Positions 39,872 to 53,236 are shown, numbered from the whole stretch's first letter. The stretch: 63,001 bases of DNA, filler included, from Collodictyon triciliatum (GCA_043381765.1; 7 parts of 7 records of this genome joined end to end with filler, not necessarily neighbours in it); one strand, 5' to 3'. Notes: generated by a model not told the origin, from the sequence alone. A program made the numbers and translations.

Positions 39872-42679
39872 ATGCTTTCCGTGCCCCGTTTCGAATGGGA
39901 CAAAGGTTTATTTGACCCTCGCGATATTGCGAAGGCTGCAGCTTTTGGCGGAGCGTTCGCTGCGGTTTTGGTGGGGCTTCGCTGGGCAAAGAACCGAGCG
40001 CTGCAGGCTGCTGGTTCAGACGCACAGACGGCACAAGTAAAGAAGGTTATTTTATTTTTTATTTAATTTAATAAGAAACACCACGTTTTTCTTTCATTTT
40101 TCACTCGCTTCTCGCTCGCTTTTCTTTTCTTATCTTTCTGCGTGTTCTATATCATTATTTCCTAGTCTTTTTTGCTTTTATGAATAAAGTACAATTACGA
40201 TATTGTTGCATAAGTATAAAATAAAACATGCTTTGAATAGGAGGCTATTGCTTCTTCTGTGCTCGACTTGATAGGTAACACGCCTATGATTCGAATCCGT
40301 TCCTTGTCAGAGGCAACAGGCTGTGAAATTTTTGTTTGTATTTTTTTTATTTTTTTGGTTAAGTACGAAAAGAGAAGTATCACTTGTGTGTGATAATATG
40401 TATTATATATACACAAAAGAATTTGCGATAAAATCCATCAATTCATCAATTCATACTTTCATGAGTTTGTTTTCGTTTATTTGTTTGTCTGTTTGTTTGT
40501 TTGTTTGTTTGTTTGTTTGTTTGTTTGTTTGTTTGTTCTTGACCAGGGTAAAGCTGAATTTTGCAATCCTGGTGGAAGTGGAAAAGATCGGATAGCAAAG
40601 GCCATGATTGAAAATGCAGAAGAGACTGGAAAACTGAATAAAGGTATACAATTTGAGTCCACTAAGCGATGGCATTCAGCAAATTTTAGAGTTTTTCATA
40701 GCCAAATCAACAAATGCTCTGGATATTCAATAGATTTTAATAATATTTTCCAAATGGCAATATGAAGCATCATCACTCTCTCAAATTCATGCATTTAGGT
40801 GGAGTTATATATGAAGGGACTGCAGGGAGCACTGGAATCAGCCTAGCTATGGTTGCCCGTGTAAAAGGCTACGGATGTTGTATATTTCTGCCAGAAGATA
40901 TTGTCAGTGTTTATCATGTTTCATTAGTTCCTTAGTGCCTAATGTTGCACTCTTTATTTGACTGATGCTTTTTTTAAAAAAAAAAAAAAAAGAAAAGAAT
41001 AATCACAACTCCTTACTTACACAATAGTCAAGAGATAAGAGCGATTTACTTTTGAGACTCGGAGCTCATGTTAAGAGGGTTCCACCAGTTGTAATATCAG
41101 ATGAAAATCACTTCGTTCGCCAAGCAGAGAGGACAGCCTACGAAACTGGCGGATTTTTTACCGATCAGTTTGAGAATTTAGCGAATTACAAAGTTTGTTT
41201 GAAACACAATTTTTCGATTTCTTTTTAACACACAAAATACACCTTTAAACCCTCTGCATTGATATGTATATAAATTATAATGCCGTGATAAACCAGTTTA
41301 CAATTTACGGGAGACATCGTTATTTTCGCTTTTTTCTATAAAAAAAAAAATGTCATTTAAAAACACAGGCTCACTATGAAACTACAGGCCCGGAAATCTG
41401 GTCGCAAATGAATGGAAAAATCGATGCCTTTGTGATGGGTTCAGGTGAAATTAATGTGTTTCTGCTGGAATGAGATACTTATATTCTATTTTATTTGCTA
41501 TCGCGGGAGTAAAGCAACCACATCTTCCCATTACATATCTTGAGCTCCACTGTTGAATAAAGACATCTAAATATCTCATGCACATATAAGGAACGGGAGG
41601 GACAATTGCAGGAGTCTCGCGCTACTTGAAGGAAAAGAATCCGGGCATTTTAGTTTGTCTCGCCGACCCGCAAGGATCGTGTACGGCTCATGTTTAGAAT
41701 AGAGCACTCTTCCATTTCTCTATCAGAAAAGACCGCCTGACGTTATAATTTCTTATACATAATTTACTAAACATACCAGCCCTGCATTTGCGTGTCTCCC
41801 TGGGTGTATGCTTTACCAAGGAATACCAAGAGGGAAAGCGCAGAAAAAATCAAGTTTTTTTTTGTTGTTGTTGTTTCATTTTTCTTTTTCTTTTTTTTGA
41901 ACATAGCAAACATGATACCTCCATATTTCCACCTGCTACGTTTCTCTTCATGGAATTAATTATAAGGAAGAATATACATGTGCAAGATGTAAATAAATGT
42001 TTTTGTTTTTGTTTTTGTTTTTGTTTTGAGTAGGTCGATAGCGTTGCAGAGGGAGTAGGGCTTAACAGACTGACGAAGAACTTCCTGCAGTCTAAAGTAG
42101 ATGGGAGCTTTGTATGTACAGATGACGAGGCCGTTGCAATGTCCCGCTACTTGATGCAGCACGAAGGTATTCGGCGAGAGTAATCCGCCGTTCTTATCAT
42201 CATCACTATCATCATCGTCGTCATCATCATCATTATCATCATCATCATCATCATCACATTTGTCTCGCTTTCTTGCAAAGGCCTCTTTCTGGGTAGTTCG
42301 AGTGCGGTAAATTGTGTTGCTGCCGTCAAACTCGCTCGCAAACTCGGACCAGGCCACCGAATAGCCACGGTAAAAAGAAAAAAAGCAGTATCTGTCCCAG
42401 TATTTCTTTTGTTTGTTTTATTTTGTCTTGTTTTGTTTTTTCTATTGCGTTGGCGCGTTGTTTTTGAGTATTTAATAATATAAATTTATGGCCACATATG
42501 TGTGCCTTTTCTTGGATTTTTTTTCAATTTGGATGGCTGTGATTGATAGGAATAAATCTGACCTGCAGGTCTTGTGCGACTCTGGGAGTAGGCACATGGC
42601 AAAGTTTTGGAATGACGAATACATGTCCCAGAAGGGACTTTCTGTCTCGTGCCCGAATTCCCTCCAATTCGTCCTGTGA
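39872..42679 (+). CDS. Cysteine synthase-like PLP enzyme with an N-terminal hydrophobic anchor (resembles the fungal mitochondrial Mcy1/Cys12 type), 11 exons
   Basis: [20 protein letters not shown] (PLP Lys); [46 protein letters not shown]. The subfamily call is inference. Confidence 0.93.
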
Positions 42680-42710
42680 AATAGCATTATCAAATGAGGC
42701 GCATAAAGGA

Positions 42711-42830
42711 ATGATTTCATTTGATTTCATTTGATTTCATTTGCTTTCATTTGATTTCATTTGATTTCATTTGATTTCATTTGATTTCATTTGATTTCAT
42801 TTGATTTCATTTGATTTCATTTGATTTCGT
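42711..42830. repeat. (TTTGATTTCA)n 10-mer tandem repeat
   Basis: Directly visible 3' of the cysteine synthase stop. Confidence 0.92.
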
Positions 42831-43214
42831 TTCCTTTTTTTTGTGTTGCTGATCTTTCAGGATAAATTGAAACACGTTTGTATTTCGCTCATTGCTCTCA
42901 TTGCATTCAATTGGATTGGATTTGGTGTTGCTATTCCTCTGCGTATGCGCCGGTATGTGATTTCGGAGCAGCTCTGTCGTGGTGGGACGATATCTGCTTC
43001 TGCCCTTATCCGCATTTGAAAATCATATCTGGAAAATAAATGGTTTCGCGTGACTACATTGTCGGCCACCTTTTTTTCCCAACGCACTTTATTCTCACTG
43101 CCGAATAGAAACACAAAGTCCTTTACAAAACTCGCACAAAGAACGCAGCGCAGAACTCGCGCTCAAACACAAAGCGCAGCGTCGAAAATAACACCAAACA
43201 GATAACCCCAGAGA

Positions 43215-44859
43215 ATGATCTGCTCCGCATTCCGTGTCTCGGCCCTATGTAAGCACCCTTGTGCCTTTTTTTTAAGCCTTCTTTTTCAGCTTCCTTTTTT
43301 TTTCTCTGTCTCTTTCTCTTTCTCTTTCTCCCTCTTCTCTTCTCTTTCTCTCACTCTTATTCGCGCAAGTCGCTCTACCTCTAAAAACACCTTACTTCAA
43401 CCAAGCAGCCCAGTCATACTTAAACATCGCCAGAGCATCAGGTGCGTATTTTTTCATCTTTGTAGAATATTTTAATTTATGTTATTCTAATTTTTATTTC
43501 AGTATTATTTTTATGTTTTATGTTTTATGTTTTATGTTTTATGTTTTATGTTTTATGTTTTATGTTTTATGTTTTATGTTTTATGTTTTATGTTTTATGT
43601 TTTATGTTTTATGTTTTATGTTTTATGTTTTATGTTTTATGTTTTATGTTTTATGTTTTATATTTTGTGTTTTGTGTTTTATGTTTTATGTTTTATGTTT
43701 TATGTTTTATGTTTTATGTTTTATGTTTTATCTGGATTGTTCTCCCGCTTGTCCATAATTATTTCTCATGAGTTCAGCTTAGAATAACTCCTTTTCAAAA
43801 AAAAAAAAAAGTAACCACATGAATACGCCGCTTCTAACTCTTCTACTATTTCAGCCTTTCCTAAGCTGTCTCATTTGCCAAAGAAGGGTTTCTTCTCGAC
43901 AAAGAATGAAGAAGTATGCACAGTAGCTTATTGAATGCAATCTTAGTTGGAACATTTTCTTTGACTTATAAGTGCCACTTTTTCAGCAATCTCTTCACTT
44001 TTTTCCAAAGACACACTCAATTCAACCAATCGTAAATACGTCTCCTACTTTTTTTTATCACACTCGAAACATATGGGCTCATAAAGTTAAAAAAAATCAG
44101 ATATAATGCTAACTTTCTCATTACAAGATGTAATCGTTTATCTTTTTCCTGTGTTTTTTTGTTTATTTTTACATAACAACCACACCCCTTTGTTTTGAAA
44201 AAAATAAAATTAGTCCACAGAGCGAGATGTTGAAGCAAATGCCATGGAGTCATTCAGCGCAAATCTAGGAATCAGGTTCCAGAATCCCTCCACATTGTAC
44301 CAAGCCTTGACTCACATCTCATTTCGCCACGGTTCTGTTCCAAACAATGAACGGTTCGAGTTTATTGGCGACCGGTTAGTCTACATGTTTTTTTAAGCCT
44401 AAATGATAATTCATATAACCGAAATTTTCATCTACATAGAATTTTGCTCGCTTGCTTCTGTGCTTATTTCTATGAATATTTATATTTGACCACTGCTGAT
44501 TAAACGAATAAGAACTTATGGAAATTATTTACTTATATATCTTTAAAAAAAAAAAAGATTCATTGACACTTGCTTTACTTAATCAATGTGCAGTGTCATA
44601 TCCATGTTTGTCGCAGAGAAGCTTTACCATGAAACGCCAAAGAAAAACGGTGGCATAATGGCTGCGGATCTAATTGTATGTTGAGCCAAAATACATTCCC
44701 TTTGTACAATTGTATTTGTTTAGAGTAAATATAGATCATAAAAGAATACATGTCACTTATAATTTCGACTTAATGTCACAGAGTGCTGTCAGCAACACTC
44801 GCTTTTCCAAAGTTGCTCGTCGCATTGGCCTTCAGAAGGTTATCAGATGGCATCCGGCG
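43215..44859 (+). CDS. RNase III-domain protein with a likely mitochondrial presequence, 3'-partial
   Basis: Spliced exons: MICSAFRVSALF...LGIRFQNPSTLYQALTHISFRHGSVPNNERFEFIGDRVISMFVAEKLY...SAVSNTRFSKVARRIGLQKVIRWHP. The RNase III signature is NERLEFLGD-like. Confidence 0.88.
43508..43730. repeat. Intronic (TTTTATG)n heptamer repeat
   Basis: Directly visible. Confidence 0.95.
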
Positions 44860-44993
44860 GTATTGTTTAATCAGAACTGCCCTAATGGAGCCTTTTTTTA
44901 TCTCTCTCTTTTTTTATCTCTCTCTTTTTTTATCTCTCTCTTTTTTTATCTCTCTCTTTTTTTATCTCTCTCTTTTTTTATCTCTCTCTTTTT

Positions 44994-45093
44994 NNNNNNN
45001 NNNNNNNNNNNNNNNNNNNNNNNNNNNNNNNNNNNNNTTAATTAATTAANNNNNNNNNNNNNNNNNNNNNNNNNNNNNNNNNNNNNNNNNNNN
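44994..45093. other. Artificial contig linker
   Basis: N44-TTAATTAATTAA-N44. Confidence 0.98.
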
Positions 45094-48000
45094 TTTTGTA
45101 TTTGGGAGCTCTTTTGTTTTCGGGGCTGAAATTTACCTCACGGCCGGAAGCACATCAACCAATCCTCAGGAAACTGATTTCTATCACGACATGAATTATA
45201 TGTTTCAAACAGACTCCCCAGGTAGGCTCTATATTCCCTTATTTGACTAGATGACTACATCAATATATCATTTTCATATTTCCTCCAAAAAAAACGTCAT
45301 TTGATGGTACACAATACTTCATAGTGTTATCTGTGTGGAACAAGACTAAAGTCTTTGGGGAAGTGCCTTCCAACAGGGTTCATAGTTGTGCAGTCTCTAT
45401 GGGTTCATACGGAGTTCTGATTGGAGGAAGGACAAGCCATTTTGATAATCACATCTACTTTTTCAACCCAAAAGATAAAACGTGGACAAAAAAAGGAAGA
45501 CTCCCAATGATTATTATTGGAGCTCAGTGTATTAGGAATGGAACAGAAATTATAATCGTCGGGGGTGAAAATGTAATATTATCAATGAAGCCGATAGTCA
45601 AACTCCTATTTCCTACATGATATACATTGATCATCATTTTTTTTAGGAAAATGGTGTGCTTCTGAAGCAATCTTTTGTATACACACCAGGTATGCCATTA
45701 AATTTAAGAATTGTTTTTTTCCTTTATTCGTTTCAAAGAAATTGAAGAATTGTTATTCTATTTGTGCAATTTACTTCAACGAGAATTCTCATCTTAAGGG
45801 GATGCTATTGTTAATTACATAGATAGAGATAAATGGAGGGATTTTTCTGTAAGTGAGAGTTATCACTCTCGTTCGTTTGGAGGAGCTTTCTTCTTTAATA
45901 ACCAACTAGTGTCTTTTGGAGGAAGCACTAAGAATGAAATGATTAGGGACTTAGAATATTACGGTAAATACCATGTAAAATATTTAACTATAGATTTTTA
46001 TTTATGAAAATATAAATAGTTATTAATCAGAAATAATGATCTTTTAAATCACACTTTCCAACAGGGTCAAAATCTGTAAATTTAAAGCTCAGTGACTGTA
46101 TTCCATGCGATGGGGAAGGTGGTGTGTGTATTTTTGAAAGAAAACATTTTTCCTACTCTATTCAAAACGGAGAGCTCCATGTGTTCGGTGGAATGAGAGA
46201 TGGGGAAGTTCTTGCTGATATTCTAGTTATAGACTTAGGTTGGAAGTAAATTTAATGATTATGCGATAATTAAACGAAACAAAAGCTAAAGTGAGACCCT
46301 AGTTCATTATATTCAAATATTTCAGAGTCAGCTGAGATAGTTTATCGCCAAAACTATGGATTGGTTCTGCCTGACCCACCTCTCATCAACCCACCACCAA
46401 AATTTGGTGCCACTCATGTAACTGCTGGAGAATATTTTATGATTGTTGGGGGAGCAACTTCAATAAACAATGCGGTTAATGATGTTTGGGTATGGAACAA
46501 AGGTAATATTGGATTTTTCAATTGTTAATTTCAATAATTAACGCATTTGTGACAATTAAAGATATACGGACTTGGGTCGACACGTCTATATTGAGAGAGC
46601 CAGTAAACCGGAAAGAGCCAGGATTCACTAAACTGAATGAAAACTCGTTCGTCATATTCGGCGGCTCGACCAATTATTTTGGAGAGGTTTTGTTGAACGA
46701 CCTTTGGAAATTCAGCATAGGTATTTGCCATATGTATATCATATCCTTCAAATGAACAATCTATCACAAACTGATGAATTAATCAATACATGAATAACAT
46801 ACAGACACACAAACATGGGAATGTCTTTTCTCTGGGTCGATGAATAATGCACCTAACCCTGCAGCAGATGCGGTAGTCAGTGTGACAGATAAAAATGTAT
46901 GTGTGAGTGGAGGAAGAACACGCGTTGGTATTTTTGACGACAGAACATGGTGCTTTGATATGGGTACTTAACAAAATTAAAATATCAGATTTATTATCTT
47001 TAAACAAATAATTAACATTAGTATGACATATTGCTAAAATTGAATGATTTCATATCCCATAAGAAAAATCTGCATGGAGCGTCCAAAATATTACCAAGAA
47101 GCTTTCGGAGTTCCAAAGGCCTTTGAGTCGTTATGGTATTCGGTGGGCAGCTTCAGAGAAGGATACGCTAATGTGGGGCGGAGAGGTAATACCTTAAGAT
47201 GAGCGGTCATAAATTTATTCGGTCGTTGATGGAAAAATATACCAGATAATGCCTGGCACGCAAAAGACAGAATTTTACTCTGCTGTTATCAACATAGACC
47301 ATGAAAAGAAAGAAATATTTTCACACAGTATCAATGGTGTATTTCCTGTGAGTATTTTCTTCAAATCCCCATTTATTAACAGTCACTGCTCCGAATCTGA
47401 AAACTATTGACTCATTTTTTTTGTAAAAAAAAAATAAAGGTTCGGCGAACGTATCATAGTATGTGTTTCTCTGGAGATAAAAAGTTTGTGCTATACGGAG
47501 GGCTGAATCTTAATGGAATCGTAATGAGTGACCATTGGCTGTATGATTCAGGCATGTTTTTATATCCACAAAACAATAAATTTATGACAAAGTTTCTTAG
47601 TTTGATTCAGTTTAAAAATGATTACATAAAAACGTGGCCATAAAAATCGCCCAAATAATGAATTTAGAAATGAAGATTTGGGAGGAGCTTAAATATAACT
47701 CATCTACTCCTTCACCTGGAATGTCATACCATGTGTGTGGGAAATACGGAAATTCGAGCGTCTTAAGTGGGAAGACAAAATATGAAGCAGAAAACACCCA
47801 CTGGATGATGCAACATGGTTTTAATTTTGAAAAAAAACTTCAATATGTGTTTTTTGGCTAATATGCCTTTCCATGAAAGATTTTCAAAGGCAAGGGAAAC
47901 TTTTCCAAGAGAACAAGGTGCAAGGGTATGATTCTGTGATAAATCAAGGAGCTGCATTTATGAAAGGATTACTTGTAAGCTTCGGTGGAACAAATGGACA

Positions 48001-51000
48001 CTCTATGACAAACCAGGTCGTGGCATACAAACCTGGTGAATTTTTTATTCATAAAAAATGCATGTATGGGACGTATATTGACGTGAAGATAAACTAAAAC
48101 TACTAAATGAAACAATTTTCAAAGGTTTTTGCTCTCCAAGACCATTACATGTATCTAGTTCGTTCATTTCATCTATTTTCGATGACGGTAGTGGAGAAGC
48201 TATGTATCTGGAGAATACAAACTGCACTTGGATTCTAAAGAATGCAACTCATTTGATTATAGATGCGAACATTCGCTCCGTGGATAAGTAAGATATGTTT
48301 CTAGTAGAAAATACGATGTTATTATACGAATTCCTGGATATAGAATGTAGAATTCATTTTTTGTCTTAGTGAAAATCAATCAACTCAAAAACTGAAATCA
48401 CTTACCAAATTTCACAATCATAGCTTTGAAGTTATGCCGTACAGAAGTCTCGATTTGATAGAGGACAGTACAGAGTTTTCTTCAAAAATCTTAGAAAAAG
48501 GAGCCTTCTCATACTCATCAAAAAGTGGATTCGTCATTCGGTTCTTCAGTAAACTTTCTGAAAACAAAACTTACAACGAACCGTGTGCAGGGTGCGAAGG
48601 ATTCATAGTCACGCATGCAAGTAAGAGGAATTTTCAATTAAAGACGAAATGGTTTTCTTTTCTTAAATTTCAAATCACCAGAATGCCCTGATAATGGACA
48701 CATGGACACGAGCACAAAAAAATGCGTATGTGATAATGGGTATTATATGGACGAGGTAACCGTCAAGGATAGGATGGAAATATAACATAAAAATTATCTT
48801 GACTGTGCTTTTTTATGATCAATATAAACCTTGTATATAAGTAATTGAATTTTTTGTCCCCAGGAACTGTGCAACAAAGGTATCTCTAAATATTTTCTAA
48901 AACATTATGTTTATTTAAGCATGGTGTGGCTCAGATGATTGATCCATAAACTTAGAAATAGGCACCAAAGGAGACGAAATCAATTATTTCCTTATCGTTG
49001 GGGTCGTCGTTGGAGGATTTTTTGCTTTCTTACTTCTTTTCGGGTTCATATATCGCAGGAAAATGATTGAAAATGTCAAGGGAGCAGAGAAGAAGCTTTA
49101 CGGTGTTGTTGAACCGAAAGACTTGACTTATGGCCGAATGATAGGCAACGGGAGCTTCGGAGACGTATCTTTTAAATAGAGATTTATAATAGCACCCAGT
49201 AAATTGTTCCGTCTCTAAAATATAATTACTAAAAGGTATACAAAGGGGAGTATCGTGGAGCTGAGGTTGCTATTAAAGTTCTACTCCAAAAGAAACTCAG
49301 TCAAGAGCAAATAAATTCGTTCAAGCGAGAGATATCAATAATGGTGTAAGTTTTCACTGTATTTGTAATATGAATGGTTCTTTTCAATAACTTTACATTT
49401 AATAGGGAATTGAGGCATCCAAATATCGTCCTATACATGGGAGCATGCTTCGAAAGCGACAATCTGTGCCTTGTCTGTGAACTCATGCACCAAGGAAGTT
49501 TATACGATGTTCTTCACAAAGAAATGATAATTCCGTTTGTTCAAAGACTTCAGTTCATGTTGGATATATCAAGAGGTTTAAATTCGCTTCATTTAATGTA
49601 TTTGAAATGATTTTAAGCCGCACTGTTCTTTTATGGACCTATTATATAATAAAATTTAAATTATGAAATAGGAATGCAGTACCTACACATGTCAAACCCA
49701 CCAATCATACACCATGACTTGAAGAGTTTAAATATATTGGTAGGAACCTTATCTATATTAAATCCATTTATTTCAAATGTTTTCTAAATTTGATGTATTG
49801 TTTTATTTTTTTATCAATCATCTTGTGGCATGTCATTTTAAAAAGGTTGATGATAGAAACCGGTTGAAAGTAAGGTAGGTCGCCTTCATCATTTGATTCC
49901 ATTCTCTCTCGTTATATTTCTTTCATTTTATATGGTATTTAAAACACTATTTCAATCACAATATCCTCATTTTGTATTTTATAATGATAGTGACTTTGGG
50001 CTGACAGCCATACAAGGCTCTGAGGCTGGAATCGACCACGCTGGAAGTCTCCTTTGGCTGGCACCAGAAGTTATTGAAGGACAAGAGTATACAGCAAGTG
50101 CTGATGTTTACAGCTTCGGAATAATCTGTTGGGAAATAATGGCCAGGAAAGACCCATACTACGAATTAGAAAGTGTCTTCGCTGTTACTACCCAAGTGAT
50201 TATGAACCAACTTCGTCCTACTATGCCTCCAAATATGCCCGAAGATATCACGCGCCTGATTTCTAAGCTCTGGGCACAAAAGAAGCAAGACCGCCCTGCA
50301 TTCCAGGATTGCTCCAAGGAACTCGGAGTACGTGCCGAAAATTCAACATGAATTAGTTGGTGCACTGATACAAATAGCAATATTCTTTATTAATTGATAC
50401 TTTAAAAAATCTTATGAAAATACTTTTTTCCAGAATATGATAGAAAGATCTCGGCTCTCTTCAAATACTTCATTCCAGGTAATTGCGAAATAATTATATT
50501 AGGATTGATGTTTGTATTAAGGAAATGTTATCAACTATTAATGAATTTATGGTATCGGGCATTTTAAGGAAATAATGAACCATGATGAAACTCCACCAAG
50601 AGGAAATATCTGTGTTATCAGCACCCGAATTGATGGTTCTGACATCTTATGGGAAGATATTCCGGATTTGATGGGAGATGCTGTCATAGTCCTGTGCAAA
50701 ATTGTAAAAGAGGTATAATATATTATGAAATTGTAATTTTCGTAATATATAAAATTCCTGAAAAACAATTCTTTTTTTTTTTTTTGCCAGTCAACCAAGA
50801 GCAACCATGGATATATCTTTCAAAACGATGGAGAAAACTTCCTTATTGCATTCCAGGAGGCCTCTGATGCAATGAAGTAACTAGCTCAATATATTTTTTG
50901 CTGTATTGTATCAAGGCTTTGAAATATGTTCTAACGCGCTTTTAGATTTTGCTCTCAAGTACAGAAACGACTGTATGAAGCTGAATGGTCAAGAGATCTT

Positions 51001-53236
51001 CTTCAACATGGCCTAACCCGTTCTGTGGATGAGGGAGAAATGAAGGGCTTAAGAGCGCAAATGGTGATTCTAAACTTTCTTAAGCACAATTACATTAGAT
51101 TACAAAAACTAACATTACAATTGCCCAGGGGGTCGACTTTGGTGCAACAAGTGTTAAATTCGACGAGGAGTCTAAAAAATATCAGTACACTGGGAAGGTA
51201 TATCAACGGTTAAATAAATAATGTGTCAAAAATTGTTATGTGACATCGATACCTTTACAAGACAATATCAAGGGCAATCAGGCTGAGTAGGACTAGTCAC
51301 GGAGGTCAAATAATTATAACTGATCCGGTTTATCAGGTTTGGATTAAAAATTTTATAAACAAATTAAAAAAAAACCATCACATCCAACATTACTGATTAT
51401 TTTTTTTAAAAAAAAAAGGAGTTGCAAGAAAAAATGAAAATTATAGAGCAAGAAATTACTATTAGACCAATAACTCATGAGAGCTCAAAAACCAGTTCTG
51501 CTAAGTTATATGAGGTATATCTCAATTTCAAATTTTATTAAAATATATGGTTATCAAAATGCTACATAAACTGACAACAAAAAACAAAAAAAAAACCAGG
51601 CATTTCCACGGTCCCTAATGAAACGTGCAACATATTTTTCGAGCATGGAACTTCGTAATTCTAGCTCTATGAAGAGTAACAAAATAGTTTGTGACATTAA
51701 TATCAGCTATTCTTTTCAACTTTTGATATCTATAATTTTCAACCCATTATTGGTTCCGATGAACTCATTTTTGATTTTTTTTTGTTTCAGAGTCAAAATC
51801 TTCCCAATATGCCATCTCTGTCCGTCGAGTCCTCGAATATTGCGCATGCAAATTCGCCTGATAAGATTACTGTGGCAACAGGAAACATAAAAACTGCCGA
51901 TAAAACGAAAGATGAAGAAGATGCCAATGGAATTCCTCGAGATAAGAAAGAGTGGGAAGTTGACATAAGCAAGCTTAACATCAGCAAGATGCCGATTGGC
52001 TCCGGCTCTTTCGGCTCGGTATTCTCCGGGGAGTATCAGGTTTCTAATAAACAAAAAAAATATTTTTTTTTATTACTTGTGAAGCCGTACATACGCATCG
52101 AATTAGACAGAAAACTGATATATTTGCTGATAAAAGGACCGAAAAGTTGCTGTAAAGAAAGTATCAGGAGGAAACAGAACAGTAGATGAGAATTACATAT
52201 CAGTTTTAACGGAGATATGCATCCTGAGGTTTCGGTTCTAATTGTATTGAGCTCATTTATCCAAAAAAATAAGTTCACCGATAATAGCATTATTTACTCA
52301 TATTTTTGAAGCAAGATTCCTTACAAATATTCATTATCCTTAGGAAATTGAAACATCCCAACATTGTCGAGTTTATCGGGGCTTGCACTGATATTGCTAA
52401 CCTTGCAATACTCATGGAGTTGGTAGAACCCGGCAATTTGCGCTCCCTGTTGCAAAACTTGGACATCCACTTAGCTGAGAAGGAAAAGTCTGAGTCTTTA
52501 TAATCATATTTATATAGAAAATTTCGCAGCCGCACTAAATCTCAGTCTCATAGAACCAAAATATTATCTGGAATTATCAGTGGGATGGATTATCTACACT
52601 CGTTTAGTCCCAAAATTTTGCACAGAGACTTGAAAGCTGCAAACGTTCTGGTAATCACCTTGAGCACATAGTCAGCAGTTCTTTTCTTATAAAATTGACA
52701 ACAATGGAGTCGTGGCGCACATTGTAATGATGCTAATTCGATGTCTCTTTGGGTGTAACATACATAGGTGGATGCCCAATACAGCAGCAAAATATGCGAC
52801 TTTGGTTTTGCCAGGATCAAGGCCAACAATAGAACCATGACAAAGTGTGGGACGATGGCCTATCAAGCTCCGGAGGTATTAATCCATTATTTCAAGGAAT
52901 CAGATATGAGCAGCCATCAATGATATAATTTGATTAAAATGATGGCAATTTTTTCTGAAGGTGATGCAAGGGAAGAGATACAGCGAGAAAGCAGACGTTT
53001 ACAGCTTTGGCATTTTGCTTTGGGAGATAGAGACCAGAGAGACGCCTTATCATGGCAAAGACCCGTTGCCCTTGCAGTTTGAGGTCTTGAAGGGCGTGCG
53101 ACCAACCATCCGCGCAAATATGAACACCGACCATGTTTCTCTGATGCAGGCATGCTGGAATGCAGACCCAAGCGCTCGGCCAGACTTTAGGGACATGCTG
53201 AAGAAAAAAGACGCCAACGGTGGCATCCAAGCCTAG
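45094..53236 (+). CDS. Receptor kinase: kelch repeats - CUB-like - EGF-like - single TM - TKL kinase - class III nucleotide cyclase-like - TKL kinase; 5'-partial, >35 exons
   Basis: Kelch GG/W motifs; YLENTNCTWI (CUB-like); CVCDNGY (EGF-like); TM YFLIVGVVVGGFFAFLLLFGFIY followed by RRK. Kinase 1: GNGSFG/VAIK/HHDLKSLN/DFG/APE. Cyclase-like: PPRG...GLRAQMGVDFG...HGGQI. Kinase 2: GSGSFG/VAVK/HRDLKAAN/DFGFAR/APE. Confidence 0.92.

Noticed and set aside
16393-44859. Apparent cluster of mitochondrial gene-expression factors (mTERF, PPR, RNase III-like)
   Set aside because: They lie on three different, artificially joined contigs.
45094-53236. Giant-virus insertion, based on the mimivirus-like kinase-cyclase-kinase layout
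   Set aside because: The gene has dozens of spliceosomal introns and there are no viral hallmark genes nearby.
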